Of a stretch of 64,000 nucleotides of DNA, positions 29,776-37,641 are shown in pieces (position 1 is the stretch's first letter; each line of letters starts with the position of its first letter). A program made the translations under genes and the position numbers. The DNA comes from Calditrichales bacterium. Its GTDB lineage: Bacteria; Calditrichota; Calditrichia; Calditrichales; J004. Where the stretch lies: positions 768,001-832,000 of the forward strand of contig OZ254086.1 in NCBI GenBank assembly GCA_965267575.1. Reading direction: 5' to 3'. The notes below the pieces were generated by a model. It had not been told where the DNA came from. It did not search any database and was given only the letters and a program-made list of their open reading frames with translations.

Positions 29776-30644
29776 AACAGCCTCATTTCTTTTCGCCAAC
29801 GACGGCCAGCTTTAGAATCCGGCTGCCGCTCGCGGATTTTGAAACGTGGATAAGATATATGCCGCCGGCTACCCTTCTGCCGGCATCATTACGCAAATCC
29901 CAGTCCCAAAAAGGTTGCTCCAGGGTGTGAGTCATGCTCCGTACCGGGCGACCGGCCACATCAAATATGCGGATGACGGCACCCTGCGGAAGATGAATAA
30001 AACGCACAGCACCATTATACCCCTGCCCGGGGAAGTATGGATTCGGTACGGCTTCTACACGATCCAGTACCGCTTCGGTGTCATCACCTGCAAGCACTGC
30101 AACTTGAACCGCCACCGGGCTAAACTGAATATCAAAGGAGCGAGGAGCGTACCAGTCATTTTCAATTTCATCCGTTTGGTTGAAGGGCTGCAGCGCAGCA
30201 TAGTTGAGACTAAACGTGCGAACGGTAAAATGATAGCGGCTGAAGTTGTTTATGGGTTTACCGCTGAACGCATCCATGTTAACGGTATGGGTTACAATGT
30301 TGCTGTCTGCGCTAAGTCCACCGATGTTGTTTTGGCCGTCCCAAACCTGTTCCGATATACCTACATCATTCAGGCGATATATGTCTTTGTAGGTATTATC
30401 AAGATCGTAGCGCGCGATAAGGCGGCTTTGTTCGGGGTCCCCAACTTCAGCATCGGCATGGGCCAGTTGGTAGAGCGCGAAGCCTTCAAACAGGTAGTGG
30501 TTTCCCAACACATCTTCTTCTTCATAGTCATAACAGTCCGAAAGGTCGATCATAAGGTCAACGCTTTTGTCGCCGGGAATAGCCTCCAGCCCGGCAGCGG
30601 GCGGCGGGTCTGCCCGTTTAAAGCCGCCACGGATGGCCTGCAAG
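29764..30644. repeat. ~880 bp direct repeat, copy 2
   Basis: Near-identical to 27771-28651. Partial, more diverged copies lie at about 26407-26630 and 25119-25215. Confidence 0.95.
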
Positions 30645-31804
30645 ACTTTGGCTGCATTTTCTTTCATTACGCTGACGCTGTTTAGGGCGCTATTGCCCTT
30701 GCCGTAAACTATGGCACCATAAATAGTATGGGAAGCCCCGGGAGCCAGATCGAATTTCTGTAGCGTGTGAGTATATTTCTTATCCTCTTGACTTTTGTCC
30801 AGCCAGCCATGCTGCGATAGGGGGTCGCCACTAAAAATGTAACGAGCATTACTCGTCGAATCCGCGCCTTTCCCAAATTTAAATTTTTGAGGATTTATAT
30901 ATGTATAGTCAGCACTGATTTTTGCTTGCTGATAAAATCTGAAAGGCATATACCAATGGAAGTGAGGAAGAGGCGGAAAAAGAGCCGGAGCGAAGGCTTC
31001 TAATTGCAAATCCCGGTTATCTGCGATAACCGTACCCAATGCATAAGGCGGACCTTCTAAATCTTTATCAGCGCCATTATTATAAGAATAACCGAGATTT
31101 AACAATGTATCACAACCAACAAGGTCATCGCTGTAATGGCCTAGGTCTATATCCATATTGAAAGAGACCAAAATATCCTCAACCTTCGACACTGTTGGAT
31201 TCGAAATAACTTGCCTAATAAAAATGATATCTTGTAATGCAAAAAAATAGCGCCATAGAGTTTGTTGTATTTCAAGAATCATTGAAGGCCCGTAACCGTC
31301 ACCACCTGAGGATTTTAGCCGCAGCGAATCGTTGAATACACACCAGAACATTTCATCACCATACATATCCGGCAAATCTTCGTCCGGCTCATAACTGCCG
31401 TTCATGTTTCGATCCACAAAAGGTGCACCCTGAGCAACCGCATTTTGATATTCATTGTAGGCCTTACTGTTAGCGGAATCATAAACAGAGACCAGGTAGA
31501 AGCGATTTGTTGAATCAGCGGGATTTGAATAAAGCTGTCCGGGCTTTGCCTGATTGCCCAAAAGCCAACCAATGGCAGCTTGAACAACTTTACCCTCGCG
31601 AATACCGCTATAACCAATTCCGCCTCTATAAACTGGGTTGTAGTATCCTTCAGCTATCTCCCCATCGTTTCTAAATTGGATGGTAATAATACTATCCAAA
31701 CTCAAAGAAATATGGTCATAATGATAGTTATCGTGGTGGTCGGACTTCTGCTGACCATAGACAAAGCATAAAACAGAAAACAAAACAATAAGAATCGTTT
31801 TCAT
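29783..31804 (-). CDS. Secreted T9SS-like CTD protein, tandem paralog 1
   Basis: Signal peptide MKTILIVLFS; DIDLGHYSDDLVGCDT motif; same C-terminal half as paralog 2. Confidence 0.8.
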   Translation of the reverse strand: MKTILIVLFSVLCFVYGQQKSDHHDNYHYDHISLSLDSIITIQFRNDGEIAEGYYNPVYRGGIGYSGIREGKVVQAAIGWLLGNQAKPGQLYSNPADSTNRFYLVSVYDSANSKAYNEYQNAVAQGAPFVDRNMNGSYEPDEDLPDMYGDEMFWCVFNDSLRLKSSGGDGYGPSMILEIQQTLWRYFFALQDIIFIRQVISNPTVSKVEDILVSFNMDIDLGHYSDDLVGCDTLLNLGYSYNNGADKDLEGPPYALGTVIADNRDLQLEAFAPALFPPLPHFHWYMPFRFYQQAKISADYTYINPQKFKFGKGADSTSNARYIFSGDPLSQHGWLDKSQEDKKYTHTLQKFDLAPGASHTIYGAIVYGKGNSALNSVSVMKENAAKVLQAIRGGFKRADPPPAAGLEAIPGDKSVDLMIDLSDCYDYEEEDVLGNHYLFEGFALYQLAHADAEVGDPEQSRLIARYDLDNTYKDIYRLNDVGISEQVWDGQNNIGGLSADSNIVTHTVNMDAFSGKPINNFSRYHFTVRTFSLNYAALQPFNQTDEIENDWYAPRSFDIQFSPVAVQVAVLAGDDTEAVLDRVEAVPNPYFPGQGYNGAVRFIHLPQGAVIRIFDVAGRPVRSMTHTLEQPFWDWDLRNDAGRRVAGGIYLIHVSKSASGSRILKLAVVGEKK

Positions 31805-32002
31805 GGGCAGTCCGTTATTTTATAAGAATTCCCGGCGGGGCATTATAACATAACACAGATAAACTTAAAATACAGCACTTTTGAGTAATCCGTGGCTTTG
31901 GGATTGTAGACGGTTAATATTTTGCAGTAAAAGTATTAATACTGATAATGAAAAAGATTAAGAAAATGAAAAAGACATAGGCAAAGGAGTAAAACGGGGA
32001 AC

Positions 32003-32818
32003 CTAAAAGCTCGCGATGGCCAGCGGCGTTAACAACAAGGGGTGCTGCGGCAGGAGAATCTCGTAGTTTGGAAGCTCGCGGCGGAAGATGTCGGCGCTGC
32101 CGGGGAAAAGAAATGTGCCGCCGGTGAGATAGATTTTCTCCACAGGATGTGGCTTAACATGGATGCGGGCGATATCGCTTAGCTTTTCAAATACCGGAGT
32201 GACCACATTCAGGTAGTCGCCGTTTTGAGTGCTGCGTTTCAGCTGTTCGGCCTCATCAAAAGGGATGCGCAGGTTGCCGGCCAGCGTCAGCGTAACATGC
32301 TCGCCGCCACCCGGCTCATCCGCGGAATAAATGACTTTTCCGTCCTCAAGAATAGCCACGCCGGTGGTGCCGCCACCCACATCCACTACTGCGGCGCGCG
32401 CATCGGGCAGCAGCCGCGCCACGCAGGACGGCTCATCTTCCACATGCAGCACATCGCGTCCGGCAGATTCTATGACATTGGTGGAAAGCCTGGCGTCCGT
32501 ACCGGGCGGGTAGCTGGTGGCAACGGACGTAATCTCAACAGCGCATTTTTGCTCAATCTTTCCCAGCAGTTTCTTCACAATTTGCGTAGCGCCATGATAA
32601 TCCACAACGACGCCATCGCGCACTACGCGTGCCCATTCCAGAAAAGCCGCATACGGATGGCTTTTTTCGTCAACGAGCATCGCCACGATACTGGCCGTGC
32701 CTAAATCAACGCCAACACGCCAGTTTTCCGGCGCCTTGACGGGATCTTCTTTATTTAAAATGGAAGTGGCTGTTTTGAGATGGGCGTTTATCTGCTGCCA
32801 GGGGTCCATGCCGCTCAT
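32003..32818 (-). CDS. eutJ: EutJ chaperone-like ATPase (Hsp70/actin fold)
   Basis: Motifs VGVDLGTA, VVRDGVVVDY.GA, TSYPPGT, DEP, VVDVGGGTTG, ADEPGGG and YLTGG. Confidence 0.92.
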   Translation of the reverse strand: MSGMDPWQQINAHLKTATSILNKEDPVKAPENWRVGVDLGTASIVAMLVDEKSHPYAAFLEWARVVRDGVVVDYHGATQIVKKLLGKIEQKCAVEITSVATSYPPGTDARLSTNVIESAGRDVLHVEDEPSCVARLLPDARAAVVDVGGGTTGVAILEDGKVIYSADEPGGGEHVTLTLAGNLRIPFDEAEQLKRSTQNGDYLNVVTPVFEKLSDIARIHVKPHPVEKIYLTGGTFLFPGSADIFRRELPNYEILLPQHPLLLTPLAIASF

Positions 32819-34230
32819 ACAATACGGAAATTATCAACAAGCACGCAGCGCCGCAGCCGCACAAATGTGCGCGCGGAGGTAACGCCTTCACCGGTGGGTG
32901 TGGTGATGGTCATCGAGGTGGAGCCTTCGCCGCCAAAACCGAGCCCGGCATAGTTGGGGCCGTTTTTAACAAAGATGCTGCAGTTGATTTCGTTGGCCAT
33001 GCGGTCCAGGTTATCCAGGTTTTTGGAGTACATCACTGCCGTGTGGCGATTGCCTTTTTCCAGCTCTACGGCCACGTCGATGGCCGTATCGGCGTCGGGG
33101 ACGCGCACCAGCGAAATCACCGGCATCATCAGCTCTTTTACGGCAAAAGGATGGTCCTTGTCGGTTTCCACGAAAAGGAGACGGGTACCTTCGGGTACTT
33201 TCAGGTCAATTTGTTTGGCGATCAGGTCGGCGTTTTTTCCGATCCAGTCACGGTGTGGTGTGGCATCGCGGTTGGGATAATTGTTCATGATAATGGTACC
33301 GAGGCGATCGGCCTGGTCCGCCGTCAGCTCATAAGCGCCGTTTTTGACCATCTCTTCTTTCAGCCTGTCAGCAATCGAATCAACCGCAATGATCTCTTTC
33401 TCGCAGGTGCACATAATGTTGTTGTCAAAGGAGCTGCCATCGACGATGCCTTTTCCGGCGCGGGCCAGGTCGGCGGTTTCATCAACCACTACTGGGGGGT
33501 TACCCGGTCCGGCGGCCATCAGGCGTTTGTCGGTCACCTTTCTCGCGGCCTTAACCACCCCGCCGCCACCGGTCACCACAAGCAAATCGATGCCGGGATA
33601 AACAAACAGCTCCTGTGCCGCCTCAATGGAAGGTTCTTCGATAGTGGTCAGTACGGAATCCGGACCACCCGCCGAAGCGATCGCCTCATTAAGAATAGTA
33701 ATGGCCCGCTGGCACACCCGTTTGGCGCTGGGATGCACGGCAAAAAGAACCGCGTTGCCGGCCGCAACCATGCTGATCGAGTTATTGATGATAGTCGCCC
33801 CGGGATTAGTGGACGGCGTCACCGAAGCAATCACGCCCCAGGCGGCGTTTTCAACCAGCGTCAAACCGTGATCGCCGGTCATAGCCAGCGGCTGCAGATC
33901 CTCGAGGCCCGGCGTTTTATGGGCCTGTACGAGATTCTTTTGCGTCTTTGTCTCCACGCGCCCCAGGCCTGTTTCGGCCACGGCGATTTCGGCCAGCTCT
34001 TTGGCATGCTTTACGGAAGCATCACGCATGGCCTGGATCGCTTTGGCGCGGAATTCCAGGTTGCGCAGGCTCTTTTGGGCGTTCTTTGCCGCTTCAAAAG
34101 CCTGGTCCAGCGTGGGGAAAATACCGGCGGGCAGACTGCCCGTGGAACTGCCGCGACGGGCATCCGTGCTTTCCAGGCGCTGAACGACTTTTTCAACGAT
34201 ATTGTTGATTTCGTTGGCCGATAGACTCAT
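32815..34230 (-). CDS. eutE: CoA-acylating aldehyde dehydrogenase (EutE/PduP type) with N-terminal encapsulation peptide
   Basis: Motifs ETGLGR, TPSTNP, VTGG, AGPGNPPVVVDETAD, SFDNNIMC and ELMMP; N-terminal amphipathic helix EINNIVEKVVQRL. Confidence 0.92.
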   Translation of the reverse strand: MSLSANEINNIVEKVVQRLESTDARRGSSTGSLPAGIFPTLDQAFEAAKNAQKSLRNLEFRAKAIQAMRDASVKHAKELAEIAVAETGLGRVETKTQKNLVQAHKTPGLEDLQPLAMTGDHGLTLVENAAWGVIASVTPSTNPGATIINNSISMVAAGNAVLFAVHPSAKRVCQRAITILNEAIASAGGPDSVLTTIEEPSIEAAQELFVYPGIDLLVVTGGGGVVKAARKVTDKRLMAAGPGNPPVVVDETADLARAGKGIVDGSSFDNNIMCTCEKEIIAVDSIADRLKEEMVKNGAYELTADQADRLGTIIMNNYPNRDATPHRDWIGKNADLIAKQIDLKVPEGTRLLFVETDKDHPFAVKELMMPVISLVRVPDADTAIDVAVELEKGNRHTAVMYSKNLDNLDRMANEINCSIFVKNGPNYAGLGFGGEGSTSMTITTPTGEGVTSARTFVRLRRCVLVDNFRIV

Positions 34231-34259
34231 GAGGATTTCCCGGAGTTAGTCCGTGAAGT

Positions 34260-34550
34260 TTACTTTTTCTTTGCAGCCGGCAGCTTGATTGGGAAAATAT
34301 CTTCCAGATCGCCGTGCGGGCGCGGGATAACGTGTACCGCAACCAGCTCACCAACGCGTTCGGCTGCAGCAGCTCCGGCATCGGTGGCCGCTTTACAGGC
34401 AGCAACGTCGCCGCGTACCAGGGCCGTTACATAACCGGCGCCGATCTGGGCGTAGCCAACCAATTGTACACGGGCCGCTTTAACCATGGCATCCGAAGCT
34501 TCGATCAAGCCAACCAGACCCTTGGTTTCAATCATTCCTAATGCTTCCAT
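34260..34550 (-). CDS. BMC-H hexamer shell protein (EutM/PduA-like)
   Basis: [11 protein letters not shown]...[11 protein letters not shown]...[13 protein letters not shown]...HVIPRPH. The start was moved to the ATG at 34550, which has a GGAG RBS. Confidence 0.95.
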   Translation of the reverse strand: MEALGMIETKGLVGLIEASDAMVKAARVQLVGYAQIGAGYVTALVRGDVAACKAATDAGAAAAERVGELVAVHVIPRPHGDLEDIFPIKLPAAKKK

Positions 34551-34560
34551 TTCCGTCTCC

Positions 34561-34848
34561 TTATTCGATCTCACCGGTTAATTTAATGGGATACATATCT
34601 TCCAGTTCGCCATGCGGGCGCGGAATAACATGCACGGATACCAGCTCACCGACACGTTCGGCAGCAGCAGCTCCGGCATCGGTGGCCGCTTTGCAGGCAG
34701 CCACATCGCCGCGCACAAGAGCCGTTACGTAACCGGCGCCGATCTGCTTGTACCCCACAAGCTTCACACGGGCCGCTTTAACCATGGCGTCCGATGCTTC
34801 AATCAGCGCAACAAGACCCTTGGTTTCAATCATGCCTAATGCTTCCAT
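34561..34848 (-). CDS. BMC-H hexamer shell protein (EutM/PduA-like), tandem paralog
   Basis: Same PF00936 motifs; differs from the downstream copy at only a few core residues and the tail. Confidence 0.95.
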   Translation of the reverse strand: MEALGMIETKGLVALIEASDAMVKAARVKLVGYKQIGAGYVTALVRGDVAACKAATDAGAAAAERVGELVSVHVIPRPHGELEDMYPIKLTGEIE

Positions 34849-34863
34849 AGAAGTCTCCTTTTG

Positions 34864-35859
34864 TCAGGCCTGTACATTTTCAGAATTAATTTTAAGATAC
34901 GACGCAGCCAACACCTGCCGCACAATACTCTCCGGCGTACTCTGAACCGGCAGCAGCTGCCAGGAATGACGCAAGCCCACGGTCAGCGGCCCGATGGATG
35001 TATACCCGGCCAGATGCTCCGTCATTTTCTGGGCAATGTTGGCGGATTCTAAAGTTGGAAAAATAAACACATTAGCATTGCCTTTCAAGCGCGCAGCCGG
35101 GGCTTTTTTTTGGGCGACGCTTTGCAGCAGGGCCGTATCAAACTGCAATTCACCGTCGGCCAGCAGGCCGGGGTGATTGTTTTGCAGCCAGCGAGCGGCC
35201 TGTTGCACTTTTTCAACACGGGGATGCTGCGCGCTGCCTTTGCTGGAAAAACTCAGTAACGCCACACGTGGGTCTTCATCCGTAATTTGGCGAAAAGCTT
35301 TGGCCGTGTTGATGGCGATGTGTCCCAGCGCCGGAGGATCGGGATTGACATTCAGGCTGCAGTCACCAAAAGCGTAACTGCGTTGCCCGTCGGGTGAAAT
35401 CATCAGGTAGAAAGCACTGGCCAGCCCGGAAGCAGGATCCACCTCCAACTGCTTCAAGCCATAACGAAACACTTTTTGTGGCTTCGACTGATTCCCGCCT
35501 AAAACGACATCGCAATGCCCGTGGCGCAGGCTGGCGGCGGCCACATTCCAGGGATCGCTGAAAAGACGCTCTGCATCCTGGCGGGTAGCGCCTTTATGGC
35601 GGTTTTCACGCAGGTACTGCTCGATGTAAGGCTGTACGTGGCGCGGTTGCCTGGAGTGAATCACTTTGAGCCCGCGTGTATTTATGCCCAGATCGCGTAA
35701 TTCATAGGGACCGCCCAGAAGTTCCGGCTGTGCCAGACCTTCATCGGCAAGCAAGCGCGCGGCCTGTAAAACACGGATATCTGCTGCTTCGGCAAACAAC
35801 ACGCGCTGCGGCTTCTGGCGGCAGGTGTTCTCGATACGGTTCCAGTAGGCGGGCAGCAC
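34864..35859 (-). CDS. Phosphotransacetylase (Pta/EutD) homolog with a degenerate active-site motif
   Basis: GDCSLNVNP, LSFSSKGSA, DGELQFD and ANVFIFP are present, but the canonical DLSRG motif is replaced by LLPVQ. Confidence 0.8.
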   Translation of the reverse strand: MLPAYWNRIENTCRQKPQRVLFAEAADIRVLQAARLLADEGLAQPELLGGPYELRDLGINTRGLKVIHSRQPRHVQPYIEQYLRENRHKGATRQDAERLFSDPWNVAAASLRHGHCDVVLGGNQSKPQKVFRYGLKQLEVDPASGLASAFYLMISPDGQRSYAFGDCSLNVNPDPPALGHIAINTAKAFRQITDEDPRVALLSFSSKGSAQHPRVEKVQQAARWLQNNHPGLLADGELQFDTALLQSVAQKKAPAARLKGNANVFIFPTLESANIAQKMTEHLAGYTSIGPLTVGLRHSWQLLPVQSTPESIVRQVLAASYLKINSENVQA

Positions 35860-35862
35860 AGT

Positions 35863-36135
35863 CTATTCGCGCTCCTTCAAAATATCGCGCACCGCTTTTT
35901 CTACTTTGACCCGGCTCATGTTGGGACTCTTTAAACGGACCAATACCTCATCGACGATCCTTTGCATGTCACGGTAGCCCACTTTTTCCGTGGCCGATTC
36001 CAGCAGCTCCACACCCAGTTGTTCAGCGCGCTCACGGGCCTGCGGCGTCACGATCTGCCCGGCAGCAACCTCCAGCTTCAGTTGATGCGCGGCATGCACC
36101 TGCTCAATCGTTTCCGCTGATATCAGTTTTTTCAT
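35863..36135 (-). CDS. Small BMC-associated protein resembling the EutQ N-terminal domain, plus an encapsulation-peptide-like helix
   Basis: MKKLISAETIEQVHA...IVTPQARERAEQLG resembles the enterobacterial EutQ N-terminus (MKKLITANDI...IITPEARE.A..LG). The C-terminal helix is DMQRIVDEVLVRL. There is no cupin domain. Confidence 0.65.
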   Translation of the reverse strand: MKKLISAETIEQVHAAHQLKLEVAAGQIVTPQARERAEQLGVELLESATEKVGYRDMQRIVDEVLVRLKSPNMSRVKVEKAVRDILKERE

Positions 36136-36151
36136 GTCATTTCCCTTTTTC

Positions 36152-36336
36152 AACCACAGGGCACACAGAGTACGTCACAGAGGGCACGGAGAAAGAAAAA
36201 TTATTTCAAAATAAAAACCTGTGTTTGCTCTGTATCCCCCGTGATTTCTCTGCAAAGCCGCGATTCTATTCTTTAAAAATTTTTATCTCTTTTTATCTCA
36301 GTGTCCTCTGTGCAGCACTCTGAGTCCTCTGCGGTT
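36152..36336. repeat. Inverted-repeat pair with 41-nt CACAGAG-based arms, downstream of the GxxExxY gene
   Basis: Arm 36152-36192 (AACCACAGGGCACACAGAGTACGTCACAGAGGGCACGGAGA) matches the reverse complement of 36296-36336 (AACCGCAGAGGACTCAGAGTGCTGCACAGAGGACACTGAGA) at 32/41 positions. Confidence 0.9.
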
Positions 36337-36351
36337 TCCGACGGTTTGCCC

Positions 36352-36735
36352 CTACAGGATGATCCGCTTAATGCCGCTTTTCAATCGTTCCACTTTAAAA
36401 TTTATTAATAATCCGATCTTACACCCTGTGGCTCTAAGATATGTTAAAATCTGCGCATCATAAACCGGATGCAGATTTTCAACACATTTTAGTTCAAGCA
36501 CTACGGAATTCTCAACCAAAAAATCCAGGCGATGTTCTCCTACCATGTGTCCTTTGTAACTCAAAGGAATAGGCATTTGTTGTTTATATCCAATTTGTTG
36601 AATCTCGAATTCGCGGGCAAGAGCGTTCTCATAAACACTCTCCAAAAGCCCCGGACCCAAAGTCGAGTGCACTTCTATGGCACATCCGATAATTCTGTGA
36701 GTCAATTCTTTTAAAGGATATTTTTCTTCTGCCAT
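36352..36735 (-). CDS. GxxExxY protein (PD-(D/E)XK nuclease superfamily)
   Basis: Likely start MAEEKY at 36735. Motifs IIGCAIEVHSTLGPGLLESVYE (GxxExxY), RLDFLVE..VVLELK, AQILTYL and GLLINF. Confidence 0.92.
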   Translation of the reverse strand: MAEEKYPLKELTHRIIGCAIEVHSTLGPGLLESVYENALAREFEIQQIGYKQQMPIPLSYKGHMVGEHRLDFLVENSVVLELKCVENLHPVYDAQILTYLRATGCKIGLLINFKVERLKSGIKRIIL

Positions 36736-36744
36736 CTTTTTTTT

Positions 36745-36867
36745 AGCCACAGAGGGCGCAGAGTACAGCACAGAGAACACAGAGCAAATACAAAGAAAAG
36801 TTTATTTAAAAAAAAGAAACCTATTTCTCTGTGGCCTCTGTGAAAATCCTCTGTGCCCTCTGTGGTT
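36745..36867. repeat. Inverted-repeat pair with 41-42 nt CACAGAG-based arms, upstream of the GxxExxY gene
   Basis: Arm 36745-36785 (AGCCACAGAGGGCGCAGAGTACAGCACAGAGAACACAGAGC) matches the reverse complement of 36826-36867 (AACCACAGAGGGCACAGAGGATTTTCACAGAGGCCACAGAGA). The spacer is 40 nt and A-rich. Confidence 0.9.
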
Positions 36868-36872
36868 TTCCG

Positions 36873-37640
36873 TTACCTCAGCCCCAGACGAGACATTATC
36901 TCCAGAGCCAGTTCGGCATACTCTTTGGCGCCGCTGGCCGACGGGTTTTTATGGATGATCGGTTTTTGTGCGTCGAAGGCCTCTACCAGTTTGCTGTTCA
37001 CACCAATGGCCGTTTCGAACACATCCTTGCCAAAGCGCTCACGCAGGTGGTTCAACACATCGTGCGCCACTCGGGTACGCCGGTCGAATTGCGTGCCGAA
37101 GTAGCCCAGGATCTTGAGCCGTGGATTTAACCGCCGCTGTACCTTGGCGACAGACTTCAGCGTCAGCTCCAACCCGGTTAAGGCGAGGTACTGCGTCTGC
37201 ACGGGTATCAGCACAAACTGCGCGATGGCCAGCGCGTTGAGTCCCAGCGAGCCCATATTGGGCGGGCTGTCAAATAAAATGATATCATAGCCCCGCGGCA
37301 AATTGTTTTTAGTCAGGAAAAATTCGCTCTCCTGTTCTTGCAGCATCTCATCGTAAAAATCGCTCAACGAAGGTTCAGACGGCAGGCAAAACAGGTTATC
37401 GTAACGGGTGGGATAAATGAATTCACCCAACGGTTTTGTTTTGGTTACGATGAAATCGCATAGTGTGGCAATGCCGCTTTCGGCATGGTTAAAACCCAGG
37501 TGAATGGATGCGCTCGCCGCGGGATCGAGATCAATCACCAGCGTTTTATAGCCGGCCTGGGCAAAGCAGGCCGCCAGGTTTACGACGCTGGTGGTTTTGC
37601 CGACGCCGCCTTTGTTGTTTAGCACCACGACGGTTTTCAT
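36873..37640 (-). CDS. ParA/Soj family ATPase
   Basis: Deviant Walker A KGGVGKTT; IDLDP; Walker B ILFDSPP; LIPVQ; TQFDRRT; C-terminal GAKEYAELA. Confidence 0.93.
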   Translation of the reverse strand: MKTVVVLNNKGGVGKTTSVVNLAACFAQAGYKTLVIDLDPAASASIHLGFNHAESGIATLCDFIVTKTKPLGEFIYPTRYDNLFCLPSEPSLSDFYDEMLQEQESEFFLTKNNLPRGYDIILFDSPPNMGSLGLNALAIAQFVLIPVQTQYLALTGLELTLKSVAKVQRRLNPRLKILGYFGTQFDRRTRVAHDVLNHLRERFGKDVFETAIGVNSKLVEAFDAQKPIIHKNPSASGAKEYAELALEIMSRLGLR

Positions 37641-37641
37641 A

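Noticed and set aside
27771-30644. Near-identical repeats as the template and variable regions of a diversity-generating retroelement
   Set aside because: There is no reverse transcriptase in the window, the repeat is ~880 bp and coding in both copies, and the differences are mostly synonymous and include T/C changes rather than being adenine-specific.
36736-36780. N-terminal extension of the GxxExxY ORF (MFSVLYSAPSVAKKK) in the ORF track
   Set aside because: It is simply a translation of the repeat arm; the family-typical protein begins at MAEEKY.
36152-36867. CACAGAG repeats as a CRISPR array or IS terminal inverted repeats
   Set aside because: The arms alternate in orientation, are degenerate and have irregular spacing. 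There are no cas genes, no DDE/HUH transposase and no clear target-site duplication.
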